Assembly (NCBI GenBank): GCA_963816185.1
Contig: CAWFJJ010000030.1
Span: forward strand, 160,001 to 224,000
From: Thermoanaerobaculia bacterium
GTDB lineage: Bacteria; Acidobacteriota; Thermoanaerobaculia; UBA5066
Direction of reading: 5' to 3'
DNA: 64,000 nt
Shown here: positions 9,423-20,798 of the stretch, piece by piece
How the letters are laid out: every line of letters begins with the position of its first letter
Position numbering within the stretch: position 1 is the stretch's first letter
Program-made: the position numbers and the translations under genes
Notes under the pieces: model-generated
Database searches by the model: none
What the model was told of the DNA's origin: nothing
What the model saw: only the letters and a program-made list of their open reading frames with translations

Positions 9423-11232
9423 TGTCCCTCCGATCCACCCTCGCCGCGCTGGCGCTCGCCGCCGCTCCGGCTCTCGCGCAGCCCGTCCCGGCTTCGAACA
9501 CGATCGTCGCGCCGCGCCTCGCGGCCGACGCGGACCAGCTCGTCCAGGGAAGGCCCTTCCGGCTCGCGGTCGTGGCCGACATCAAGGCAGGCTGGCACGT
9601 GAACAGCCACACGCCGAAAGAGGATTTCCTCATCCCCACGGTCGTCAAGATCAAGCCGGCGCCGGGCCTCACGTTTTCAGCGGTGACGTACCCGATGCAC
9701 AAGGAAACGAAGTTCTCGTTCTCCGACCAGCCCCTGGCCGTCTACGAAGGAAGACCGGTCTTCCTCGTGCCCGGTTCCGTCGAGGCGAAGGCCGCCCCCG
9801 GCCCGCGAACGTTGACGGCCGTGATCTCGTACCAGCCCTGCAACGACAACCAGTGTCTGCCGCCCACCGAGCTGACGACGTCGCTCACGATCGACGTCGC
9901 GAAAGCCGGTGCCGAGTCGAAGCCGAAGAACCCGGACGTGTTCGGTGGCCCTGCATCCGCTACCGGCGGTACCACCGGTGGCGCGGCCCCCGGTGACGGT
10001 GGCCCGGCCGCAGATGCCGGCGCAGCCGGTGGCGCGCCGCTGGGGTCGGCGGCGTTGCGCGAAAGATGGAAAGTCCAGGGCGTCCCGACGCTCCTTTTCC
10101 TGGGTCCGGACGGGAAGGAGACGGGGACGCGAGTCGTGGGCTTCGAGCCGCCCGAGACGTTCGCGCCGCGCTTCAGAGGAGGCGGCCCGGCGGCGGCGAA
10201 AGACGGCCTCGCGGGCAAGTCTCTGCCGATCCTGCTCGGCCTCGTCTTCGTCTCGGGCCTCGCGCTCAACCTCACGCCCTGCGTGTACCCCTTGATCCCC
10301 ATCACGCTCGGCTTCTTCAGCCGGCAGGCGGGTGGAAGCAAGGGCGGCACGTTCGGCCTTGCGCTCGCCTACGTCCTCGGCATGAGCGCCACGTACTCCG
10401 CACTCGGCGTTTTCGCCGCTCTCTCCGGCTCGCTCTTCGGGGTCTGGCTCCAGAAGCCGGCCGTCCTCGTCGCGATCGCGGCGATCGTCCTCGCGCTCGC
10501 GCTCTCGATGTTCGGCCTCTTCGAGATCCAGGCTCCCCACTTCATCACGGACCGCACGGGCTCGAAGTCGGGAGCCGTCGGGGCGCTCACGATGGGGTTT
10601 TTCGTCGGCTTCGTGGCCGCGCCCTGCATCGGCCCGTTCGTCCTGTCGCTGCTCACGTATGTCGCCGCAAGAGGCTCGGCGCCGCTCGGCCTCGGTCTCT
10701 TCTTCACGCTCGCGATGGGGCTCGGCCTTCCCTATCTCGTACTCGGCACGGCCTCCGGCAGCCTGAAGGCGCTCCCCCGGTCGGGAGAGTGGATGACCGC
10801 CGTGCGTCGGGTGTTCGGCTTCGCGCTCGTCGCGCTCGCCGTGTATTTTCTGCGCCCGCTCCTCCCGGCACGCGTTTACGAGATCGGCCTCGCGCTTCCG
10901 CTCCTCTCGGAGGAGTGTGGTTCCTCTTCTTCGAGAAGAGCGGAGCCGGCCTCCGCGGATTCGCCGCCGTGAAGGCGGCGGTCGCCGTCGCGCTCCTCGC
11001 CGCGGGCGCGGCCTTCGCGATGCCCCGGAAGGCTTCGGCCGAGCTCGCGTTCCAGCCGTACTCCGATGCCGCCGTCGAGGCGGCGCGGTCGGCCGGCAAG
11101 CCCGTGATGATCGACTTCTACGCGGACTGGTGCCTTCCCTGCAGGGAGCTCGACCACAAGACCTTTCACGACGTGCGCGTGATCGCGGCGGCGAAGGGCT
11201 GGGTGCTGCTGAAGGCTGATCTGACGAGATAG
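9422..11232 (+). CDS. dsbD: DsbD-family protein-disulfide reductase with split thioredoxin domain (frameshift near 10905)
   Basis: Signal peptide; nDsbD GWHVN and YQPCNDNQCLPP; membrane domain LTPCVYPLIP and APCIGP; DFYADWCLPC in ORF ending 11232. Confidence 0.85.
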
Positions 11233-11255
11233 TCTGTGGCGAACACCGCCTCGAT

Positions 11256-13138
11256 CTATCGGAAATAGCCGTTGACGTCCACGATGAAGTGGACGGACCC
11301 GCTCGCGTCGTTCTGGACGCCGATCGAGCCCGCGCCGTCGGTTGCGAGATAGAGCATGGTGTTGTTTGCGCGGGTTTGGCCGGCCCTGAAGGCGATCGTG
11401 GTCGTGCCGGTCGGAATGGCGTTCCCGGGGAAACAGGTAAGGCTCCCCGCCGCTGCTGGCTGCGTCACGGTGACGTTCGCCGAGATCGTCTTCGCGTCCG
11501 CCGGTACCGCGCAGCTTCCCGCCAGAACGAACGTTCGCCGCGCGCCGTTTCCGTCGAGCGCGGGCCCTCCGAACGGGCCGCTCGCGTTCCGGGTGTCGAC
11601 GATACGGCAAGGCGTCAGCGGGAAGAACCGCGATTCGGCCGGAGGAGGGGCGTAGAAGAAGCTGGCCGCCAGAATCAGGGGTTGAGCGCCGGGATTCGTG
11701 ACCGTCAGGGCCACGGTCCAGGGACTGAGATGCGGTCGTGAAGTGATCGTCGTTGGATCAACGACCGTCACGCCGGTCGCGGGGACACTCCCGACCGAGA
11801 CCGTCGCCCCGGACCGAAAGCCCGTGCCCAGGACGGTGACCGGGGTCCCTCCCGCGTCCGGCCCGAAGGAGGGCGTCACCCGGGTCACCGACGGCGCGGG
11901 AGCGCCCAGATTGATCCGTCCCACATCGTAGCCGTCGGCGAACCAGATCGCGCCGTCCGGACCGGCAGCGATCCCGCGGGGAACACTCCCGAAGGGAAGA
12001 GGAAACGTGGTTACCTGGCCCGAAGGCGTGATCCGTCCGACCCATGCATCGACGAAGTCGCTGTTCGTGAACCACAGGTTGCCATCCGCGCCGGCCGCGA
12101 TGTCATGCACCTCGATCCCCGTCGCGACGGGGAACTCCGAATAGACCCCAGCCGTGGTGAGGCGCCCGATGCTCAGACGGCCGGTGTATTGGAACCAAAG
12201 GTTGCCGTCGGGGCCGGCCACGATCTTCTGCGGACAGACGCCGAGCGCAGGATTGGGGGTTGGGAAGTCCTGGAACTGCCCGCCGGGCAGCAGACGAGTT
12301 CAAGCCCCGCCAGCGCCTTTGCATCCCGCGAGCCACAGCGCACCGTCCGGGCCGAGCGTAATCCCGTGCGCGAAGGTCGCGACGAGGAATTCCGTGATCG
12401 AACCGCCCGTCGTGATTCTCCCTGCGACGTTGACGCCGCTTTCCGTGAACCACAAGGCGCCGTCTGGACCCGCGGTGTCCCCATGGGACTGCTCACGGTA
12501 GCGAGCGAGAATTCTGTCGCGGTGCCGGAGGGGGTATGAGGCCGATGAACTCCGGAACGGTTCCGCACCAGAATTCCCGTCCGGCCGCGCGATGTGGGTA
12601 GCAGCGGATCAGCGAGGGAGTTGAGTGAAAAACAGGGTGTTGATGTTGAGATCCATGGGTCGAGCGACTCGCCTCCGTTGTTGAGAAGCCAGAGGTTGCC
12701 GTCCGGACCCGCCGTGATGTCAGTGAAGGCGCCGTCGGGGATGGGGAAATACTGGATGCCGAACTGGCCCGAGGCCGTCAGATACTTGTAGGCGTTGGCG
12801 AGGCTGCCGGACTGGCCGCCCGGGTTGCTGACGGAGACTGCGACCGGTCCGATGGAATGAGCGGGAGGGTGGGCCGTCAGCGAGGTCGAATTGACGATCG
12901 CCACCGACGTCGCGGGAACGCCCCCGAAAGTGACCGTCGCCCCGGCCGCGAAGCCGGTGCCGGTCACGATCACGATGTTGCTTCCCGCAGCCGGTCCGAA
13001 GGCCGGCACGACCCGGGCGAGGTTCGGCGTCTGGCTGAAAGCCGGCACCGAAAGCAGCAGCAACCCGGCCCCCGCGAGCAGAATTCTTCCGGGTCCGCGG
13101 CGCTGACGAAGGATGCCCACCGAATGGAACGGATTCAT
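11256..13138 (-). CDS. Secreted IPT/TIG + Vgb-like beta-propeller repeat protein; several frameshifts (possible pseudogene)
   Basis: Signal peptide; two IPT/TIG domains (GPAAG..V.VTGTGF..GATV); repeated ITAGPDGNLWF units; C-terminal FFPLTPCRIVDTR..IVDVNGYFR; frame breaks ~12250-12650. Confidence 0.7.
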
Positions 13139-13269
13139 GGCTTCCTCCTCCCTCGTGGAATCGGTTCCAGACAGAGATGCGCAAACCGAAGCGATTCGTT
13201 GCACTCACCCAAAGGAGGTCATGCGTCCGCCGCGGGCGGCGTGTCAGAATACGGCTGGCTTCCCTCTCC

Positions 13270-13854
13270 ATGCACGAAAGGGTCCCGGATCGGCCGCACG
13301 ACATCACTGGGCTCCTGAGGGCTTGGAGCGCGGGCGACCGGCGCGCCCTCGAGGAGCTCGTGCCTCTCATCTATGCCGATCTGCGCCGCCGCGCGGCTTC
13401 GCTCATGAGAAATGAGCGGGTCGAGCACACGCTCCAGCCGACCGCCGTCGTGCACGAGGCCTTCGTGAGGCTCGTCCGTGCCAAAGGAGTCGACTGGAAG
13501 GACCGCGCCCACTTCTTCGGAGTCGCGGCACATGCCATGCGCGAGGTTCTCGTCGACCACGCGCGGCGGCGCGATGCCGGAAAGAGGGGGCCGGGCCGGA
13601 AACGTCTCGCGATCGAGACCGTCGACGTCGCGGTACATCCCCGCACGGTCGACCTCCTCGCCCTCGACGAGGCCCTCGAGAACCTCGCCACCCTCGACGA
13701 GCGGCAGGCCCGGCTCGTCGAGCTGCGTCTCTTCGCGGGCCTCACCGTTCAGGAGTCGGCAGAAGTCCTGGGTTGCTCGGCCGCCACCGCGAGCCGCGAC
13801 TACCGGCATGCCGAGGCGTGGCTTCGGCGGCAGATGAGGGGCGCAACGGCGTGA
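13270..13854 (+). CDS. ECF sigma factor of the Ser/Thr-kinase-associated type (TIGR02999-like)
   Basis: ITGLLRAWSAGD..ALEELVPLIY, HTLQPTAVVHEAF, DRAHFFGVAA..MR.VLVDHAR, LVELRLFAGL. Confidence 0.88.
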   Translation: MHERVPDRPHDITGLLRAWSAGDRRALEELVPLIYADLRRRAASLMRNERVEHTLQPTAVVHEAFVRLVRAKGVDWKDRAHFFGVAAHAMREVLVDHARRRDAGKRGPGRKRLAIETVDVAVHPRTVDLLALDEALENLATLDERQARLVELRLFAGLTVQESAEVLGCSAATASRDYRHAEAWLRRQMRGATA

Positions 13855-16253
13855 CGCCCGAGCTTTTCCGGAAATCGCGAGCGCTCTTCGACGAGGCCAT
13901 CGAGCTGCCGCACGCAGACCGCGACACGTTCCTCCGTGAGACCTGCGGGGATGACGCCGCGCTGCGCGAAGAGGTCGAGGCGCTGCTCGCCGAGTCCGAA
14001 TCGGCCCCTCTCGACAGCGGCGTGCGCGAAGCCGTGCGCTCCTTCGACACGATTACGAAGGGCACCCGGGTCGGGCCGTACGAGCTCGTTCAGGAGATCG
14101 GACGCGGCGGAATGGGGACCGTCCATCTCGCGCGCCGCGCGGACGACACGTTCCGGAAAGACGTCGCGATCAAGCTCGTCGGTTTTGGTCTCGATGCGAC
14201 ATATTTCCTCGAGCGCTTTCGGGGAGGAGCGCCGGATCCTCGCGTCGCTCGCGCACCCGAACATCGCCGCGCTCCTCGACGGCGGGACGACGGAGGACGG
14301 ACACCCGTATCTCGTGATGGAGCTCGTGTCCGGCCGACCGATCGACGTCTACTGCCGGGAGGAGAACGCGTCCGTCGAGCGCCGGCTCCGGCTCTTCCGG
14401 GACGTCTGCGCCGCGGTCCAGCACGCGCACCGCAACCTGGTCGTCCACCGCGAACTGAAGCCGTCCAACATCCTCGTCACGCAGGAGGGTATCCCCAAGC
14501 TCCTCGACTTCGGCCTCGCCCGCCTGCTCCTGCCGGAGGGCGGGGCGGAGCGCACCGCCACCGAATACCGCGCGCTGACGCCCGCCTTCGCGAGCCCGGA
14601 GCAGGTACGCGGCGACGCCGCCACGACAGCTTCCGACGTTTACTCCCTCGGTGTCCTGCTGTACGTGCTTCTCACCGGCCGGAAGCCCTATAGGGCGGCC
14701 ACCGGCGACGAGTACGCCGGCCTGCTGCACTCCGTGCTCACCGAAGAGCCCCTGCGGTTCGAAGACGCCGTCCCCGGAGCGAAGATCCCCAAGGACCTCG
14801 AGGCGATTGCGCTGAAGGCGCTTCGCAAGAAAGCCGAGGAGCGCTACGGCTCCGTCGAGACGCTCTCGGCAGACGTCGAGCGCTTCCTCGAAGGCCGACC
14901 CGTCGAGGCGCGGCGGGGCTCCAGGCTGTATCGCGCGCGCAAGTTCGCCGGGCGTCACTGGTCGGGACTCGCCGCGACCGGGCTCGTCGCCGCGTCGCTC
15001 GTGGCGGGTCTCCTCGTCGCGAACCAACAGCGGAGGAAGGCGGAAAGACGATTCGACGAAGTCCGCAAGCTGGCGCGGACCGTGATGTTCGACCTGCACG
15101 ACGGCATCGCCCGCCTGCCCGGCTCGACGAAGGTCCGGGAGAGGCTGGTCAAGACCGGATTGGAATATGCAGACGCGCTCGCGAAAGAAGGGTCCTCGGA
15201 TCCCGGCTTCCAGCGCGAGATCGCGGCGGCCTATTCGCGGCTCGGCGACGTGCAGGGAGGCGGCAACTCGAACCTGGGCGACAGGGAAGGCGCGAAGGAG
15301 AGCTATCGAAAGGCGGTGGCGATCCGTGAGGCTCTCGCCGTGTCGCGGTTCGCCACCGACCAGGATCGGCTCCTGCTCGCCACGAACTTCGTCCGGCTGG
15401 GGCAGATCGGCGGCCCCGAGGCTCAAGGCCGCCTTCAGAGGGCGCGCGAGATCCAGGAAGCGGTTCTTCGCGCCGACCCCGGGAGTTTCGCCGCCCGGGG
15501 GGGCCTCGCCCTGACTCACACGGCGTTCGCGGGGTTCTACCAGCAGGACCCGCAAAAGGCGCTCGAGGAGTGGCGGATTGCCCATCGGCTCTTCGAGGAG
15601 CTGGCCCGCGAGAGACCTGACGATGCCGTCGCACAGAGGGATCTCGCCGTCAGCTGCAAGTACCTGGGCGCGCGACTCCAGCAGATGGGCGACCTCGAGG
15701 CCGCGCTGCCGCTCTACCGGCAGGCAGTGGCTATCGACGAGAAGCGCATGGCAGCGGATCCGAACGACGCCCTGGCTCGCCTCGACCTCTCCTTCAGCCT
15801 CGGCTCCGTCAGCTCCTGCCTCGGCGACATGGGAGATATGCGGAGCGCACTGGGGTTCCGCGAGCGCGCGGTCGTCTTACGCGAGGCGATCGCCGCGGCC
15901 GATCCGGCGGAGAGCTGGGGGAAAGTCGGCCTCGCGGATGCCCTGGAGGATGGCGAGATTCGCTTTCGGAGCGAGGATTCGAAGGTGCCCGCGCTGCTTT
16001 TTCACGCGGCACGTCCATCCTCGAAATCTGGCTTCAACGGGAGCCGAAGGACGTGAACCTGAGAGCCAGCCTGGCCGGGACGAGGGGGTGGCAGGTGATC
16101 GCCGAAGCCGCGCTTGCGCGCCGGGGCAAACGAAGCGATCGCGCGAAACAGCTCTCTGCCGCTCGGGCGCGCCTGCTCGAGATCCAGGCTAGTTCGACGA
16201 CAAAGAGCGTGAAGAACCCTCGCGGCTTGAACGCCAGCTATCCGAGAAGATAG
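13851..16253 (+). CDS. Membrane Ser/Thr protein kinase with TPR repeats; frameshifts near 14221 and ~15950-16050
   Basis: IGRGGMGTV, VAIK, HRELKPSN, DFGLA, ASPEQ, SDVYSLG; transmembrane segment then TPR-like helices; GTGA overlap with sigma stop. Confidence 0.85.
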
Positions 16254-16409
16254 AGCCGAGCTCGCCAAGCTCGACCCGAGCTGGCGGAAGCAAGCGCGGC
16301 CGCCTGCCTCGCCTCGGTGAGGCCGCTCGGGGTATTCGGCCGCCTGCCGAGAACCAGGGTCCTGCCTCGACGACGCTGGGCGCGAGCGGGACGCATGCGG
16401 CCCGAGCCG

Positions 16410-19142
16410 CTAGGGACAGCCGCTCTCTTTGCGCTCCAGGTCCCATTCCCACAGGATTGGACCCGTCGGCGGGACCGGCGCGAGGTACGGGGACGGGCCC
16501 TGGACGGACGGCGTATGCGAGGCCGACGACCGGGACGACCGGTCCGAGGGGAAACTCGCTCAGGGAATCTCGAGCCGTCGTTGCCGATGGTCACGTAGTC
16601 GTAGCCGAGCCCGGTCGGAATGAACCAGTCGAGCTCCAACCGGAAGACGTCCTTGTCCACGTCGTAGACGCCGCTGTTGAGACCGACGTGCATCTGAGGA
16701 TCGCCTTTGCGCGCGAGATCGACATTGGTCTTGTCGCAGGCGGTGGGAGAGCCGAAATACGCGCGGGTGTCGATGGAATCCGCGCGCATCGTGACGTTCA
16801 GGTTGTCGTCGATGCTGAAGGACAGGCTCGACTGGTACCTCACGTGGTCGTCTGCAAAGACCAGGGGACACTTGAACTGGTCGTCCAGCGAGGCCGTGAG
16901 GGTCCAGTCTCGGGCCAGGACACGAACCAGTAGCCCGAGTGCTTTCGAATGAGGCCCCGAAACGTCCGGTTGGTTATGCGAGAGCTTCACGGCGATGTTG
17001 ACCGGATTGTTGGTCGGGACGCAGCGGGGAGCGGTGTACGTGGCGTTGTTGCCGTCATGCGAGACGAGCGTGCCGTCCGCGGGATCTTCGAGAGCCTCGA
17101 GCGAGCCGTTCAGGTACCAGGCATATGTGAGACGGCTCGGATCGACCGGACCCAGCGGGGAGGAGCCGAAGATGCTGCCCTCCGAGGACGAGGCCCCCAC
17201 GTCGAGAACCAGCAGGGGCAGTTCTCCGCCCGTGGGGAGCGCCGCCTTCTTGGGGAAGATCTGAATCGAACGGAACGTCCCCCAGTCAACACCCGGCGAG
17301 TCGACAAGAGCACGGAAGGCCGCAGGTGTCGCGGCTGCCGCGGGCGCGGTCGACGTGATCGGCACCGCGAGCATCCGAGCGGCCGTGTTCACCGACCCGC
17401 CCGTCTCGACGAACCACGTGCTGCCGTTCCTGAAGGCGAGGCCGAGCGATCCCGGGGCGCTGCCGACCACGTCGTTGCTGCCGTAACGAAAGACGAGCGT
17501 GGCCGGTTTCGCGAAGCCGAGACCGCCCGGCGACAGCGTGTAGCTCGCGCCCGTGGCCTGCGGCGCGTCGGTCGGCGTCGTCTGTAATGACAAGGCGACC
17601 GCGAGGCGAGCGCCCCCGCGGGGATCCTAAGAGTCAGCCGTCCATCATCCGACCGGATCGATCCGCCCGCCGGTCCGATCGTCGCACTCGAGGGGATCGT
17701 GGTAGGGAGCGCCGCGATCGGCGTCACGACGGGATCTCCCGAGAGGTTGTCGATGGACGAGTCGAAGACGTCGACGCTGCCGGCCGTGACCTTCACGCGG
17801 AGCGTCGCGTTCTCGGGGATCGTAGTGCTCGGAAGAAGGTCCTGGATCCCCGGCTGCGTCCAGCCGAAGGCACCGAGAGAGGCCGACGTCGTCGCGACCG
17901 TCGCCCCCGCCGCGTCCTGAAGGGTAAGCGTGTACTGAGCACCGTCCGCGCCAGCCGCAAAGCCGACGTTGGTCCGGAAGGCCGCGTTCTGCCGGATCCC
18001 GGTGACTGCGGCTCCGGCGTCCGCCGACGTCACGAACGACAGGAGCGGGACGGGCTTCTGCTGCGAGCCGAACGTGCCGGGCCTCGCGCCAGCGGGGTCC
18101 ACGTTGCTCGTCCGGCAGAGTATCGCCACCGGCCACTCCGACTGGAATCTCAGCGCGCCAGCGGATCCGACCGGCAGGCTCAGCAGCGAATCGAGGACAT
18201 CGACGACATCGCGGATCCTCCCGGCGGGGACCACGAACGACGCGACCGCGGGTGAGGGGTTCGCGTTGCCGTTCGCGTGGAACGCGACCTGGACCGTCGC
18301 GTCCGTGTCCGTCGGGTTGTAGAACCGTCCGTCCGTCCGGAAGAACGCCCCGTTCCGGCCGCTCGCCCGCGCGACGCCGTTCACGACGACGTCCTGGATA
18401 CCGGCCGGCAGGTCCTCGAACGCGAAGAGCAAGCTGTCGCCCGTAACGTTGTCCACGACGACCGCGTATCCGGCGGCGTGTCCGCGCGTCACGGCAACCT
18501 GCGCCCGCCCGACGGTCACGGCTCCGGCGAAGCTGGCGACCGAGAACTGCTGGAGGCCCGCCGCATCGAGCGAGAAATCCTGATGTCCGTGCACGTTACC
18601 GTCCGCGTCATAGACGGTCACTGTCGCCGCGCCGCCCGACGGGTCCGGGAAGACGAGGGCCACGTTCGTCCGATAGCCCTCACTCGGCGAGGGATCCTGG
18701 CTGATCCAGAGGCTGTCGCCTACGTCGCCGGGGGCGAGAAGACGGTCGGAGGCGACAACGGGAAGGGCCACGCCGTAGGTCCCGGACGCAGCCGTGTTGT
18801 AAGTTTTCGCGCGGATCAGGAGCGGCTGGTCCGAGGCGACCGAGACGGCGCCCGCGGTCCCCGGCGACCCGAAAAGGCTCGCGACGACGTCCGTCGAGAC
18901 GACCGTCTGGCCCGGGGTGCCAGCACCTTCGAGCTCGCACCGGACGGGAAGAGCGAGAGCGTGACGTTTGCGGCGGCGCCACCCGGGTTCGTCACGGTCA
19001 GGTCCGAGACGAAGTGGGTCCCGTTCAACCCGGACGCGTTCACAATCCCGGGGATCGTCCAGGAGGATTGGGCCGAGACGGGAGACGCGAGCATCAAGAG
19101 GGCCGCGGTCATGAACTCCGAGGCGAGGCGACTGAGGCGCAT
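16410..19142 (-). CDS. Large secreted protein with two tandem uncharacterised ~230 aa domains plus ZU5-like region; multiple frameshifts
   Basis: Signal peptide ..SPVSAQ; ORF pieces 18816-19142, 17389-19194 and 16238-17593 join via shifts near 18920, 17600 and 16560; IGPAGGSI..DGRLTLRIPAGAL ZU5-like start; 3' end approximate. Confidence 0.6.
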
Positions 19143-19291
19143 CCCGTACCTCCTGGCGGCGGCACGTGCACCGCCACCAGTAAGAGATGCGCAAAACCGG
19201 AGCTTTTCCTAGCAGGGTTTCTCAGAAGACATCGGTCACCGTCGACGCCGCGGCGCCGCGGATCGTCCGAATTGCCTTCCAAGAAACTCTT

Positions 19292-19999
19292 CTATTCTTT
19301 CTTCTCGAGCCGACTCAGCAGCGCGTCCGCCGCGGCCCGCTGGGCGTCTTTCTTCGAATTCCCTTGTCCCCGCGCGCTGATCCCGTCGCCGTAAGCCACG
19401 TCGTAGGAGAAGCGCCGGTCGTGCGGGGGGCCGCTCTCCTCGACGAGAAGATAGACCGGAAGCGGCTTCCCTTCGGCCTGCGCCCGCTCCTGGAGCGCCG
19501 TCTTCGGATCGCGGCGACGCAGCCCTTCGAAGTCGAGCGAGGCCACGTCGGCGTCGAAGAGACGTCCCGCCGCTGCGCGCGCCGCGTCGATCCCGCCGTC
19601 GAGAAGCAGCGCCGCGAACACGGCCTCGAACGCGTCCGCCAGGCGCGCGTCGCGGTCGCGGCCGCCCGCGCGCTCCTCGCCGGGCGACAGGCGCAGCGCC
19701 GAGCCGAGCCCGACGCGCCGCGCGAGCGCCGCGAAATGCTCTTCCGAGACGAGCTGTGACCGAGCTTTCGACAACGTGCCTTCACTCTCGAGCGGGAACG
19801 CCGCGAAGAGCTTCTCCGCCACGAGAAAGTTCAGGATGCTGTCACCGAGGAATTCCAGCTTCTCGTTATCCTCCACATCCACGTTCTCGTTCGCGAACGA
19901 GGCGTGCGTGAGGGCGCGCTGCAGCAAGACGGAATCGCGAAAGCGATGGCCGAGGGCGCTCTCGAGCGCGTCGATGGCGTCTGGGCCTTCCGAGGACAT
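19292..19999 (-). CDS. rnc: Ribonuclease III
   Basis: ALTHAS, NEKLEFLGDSIL, ADAFEA, DPKTALQE dsRBD, G.GNSKKDAQRAAA. Confidence 0.95.
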   Translation of the reverse strand: MSSEGPDAIDALESALGHRFRDSVLLQRALTHASFANENVDVEDNEKLEFLGDSILNFLVAEKLFAAFPLESEGTLSKARSQLVSEEHFAALARRVGLGSALRLSPGEERAGGRDRDARLADAFEAVFAALLLDGGIDAARAAAGRLFDADVASLDFEGLRRRDPKTALQERAQAEGKPLPVYLLVEESGPPHDRRFSYDVAYGDGISARGQGNSKKDAQRAAADALLSRLEKKE

Positions 20000-20010
20000 C
20001 GGGCCTCCCC

Positions 20011-20436
20011 TCAGAACGGATTTCGCCAACGCAAGCCAGGAAATCGCGCGAAATCTGCGTCGTTCGAGTGCAGCTCGCACTGGTGCTCGATCGCGATGGC
20101 CGCGAGGTGAGCATCCGTGGTCAGGTTTGCGGCGACGCCCACGGAGGTCAGTAGCCTTTCGAGAATTTCGAGATGCCGCGGTCCGGGCTCGAGAACCTCG
20201 ACGAGCGGCCGCTCGAACCACAACCGGACGTGGTGAAGTGTTCGTCCGGGATCGAGAGGGTTGACGAGGACTGCCGGATGCGTCATCAGGCGGACGAACC
20301 CGCACACGACCGCCCATGGCAACCCTACGGGATCCGAACCGTTGAGCAGTCCTTCCCACCACGCCTTGGCGTCGGCGTGGTGCGGGGCATGGCGGTTGTA
20401 TGCGAAGACGAGAAGATTGATGTCCGGCAGGATCAT
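20011..20436 (-). CDS. vapC: VapC-family PIN-domain toxin
   Basis: MILPDINLLVFA, DAHLAAIAIEH, SNDADFARFPGLRWRNP. Confidence 0.92.
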   Translation of the reverse strand: MILPDINLLVFAYNRHAPHHADAKAWWEGLLNGSDPVGLPWAVVCGFVRLMTHPAVLVNPLDPGRTLHHVRLWFERPLVEVLEPGPRHLEILERLLTSVGVAANLTTDAHLAAIAIEHQCELHSNDADFARFPGLRWRNPF

Positions 20437-20702
20437 CGATCGGCCCGCGTCTCGCCGACGAAGTCCTCCGCCTCGAGCCGGTCCGAGATCTGGTTTAGCT
20501 TGCCAGGGTCGACGCCCGGCCGGAGGCCGCTCGAATTAGGCTCGACGGTGAAGCGGCGCCGCGGGGAGGGCGCGCTCTCCTGGGCGGCGAGCCCTCGGCG
20601 AAGGACGGTGTTGAGCGCGACCTTGAAGGAAGAACGCCTCCGGCGCGCGTACTCCTTGAGCTTGTCGGCAAGGTCTTGCTCCAGAGTCACCGTGGTTCTC
20701 AC
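20433..20702 (-). CDS. VapB-type antitoxin (ribbon-helix-helix)
   Basis: MRTTVTLEQD..SFKVALNTVLRRGL; 4-bp overlap with toxin start. Confidence 0.88.
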   Translation of the reverse strand: MRTTVTLEQDLADKLKEYARRRRSSFKVALNTVLRRGLAAQESAPSPRRRFTVEPNSSGLRPGVDPGKLNQISDRLEAEDFVGETRADR

Positions 20703-20737
20703 GAAGGCATCATGATGCTATTTAATGCTGCTGTCAA
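20703..20737 (-). promoter_or_regulatory. sigma70 promoter and palindromic operator of the TA operon (probably leaderless)
   Basis: TTGACA (20737-20732), 17 nt, CATGAT (20714-20709), 6 nt, GTG; perfect palindrome GCATCATGATGC at 20707-20718 over the -10. Confidence 0.7.
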
Positions 20738-20798
20738 GATGGCACGGGGGCGTTCATTCAAATTCACTTCGACTGCGATTAAGCTCTCACCTCGACCT

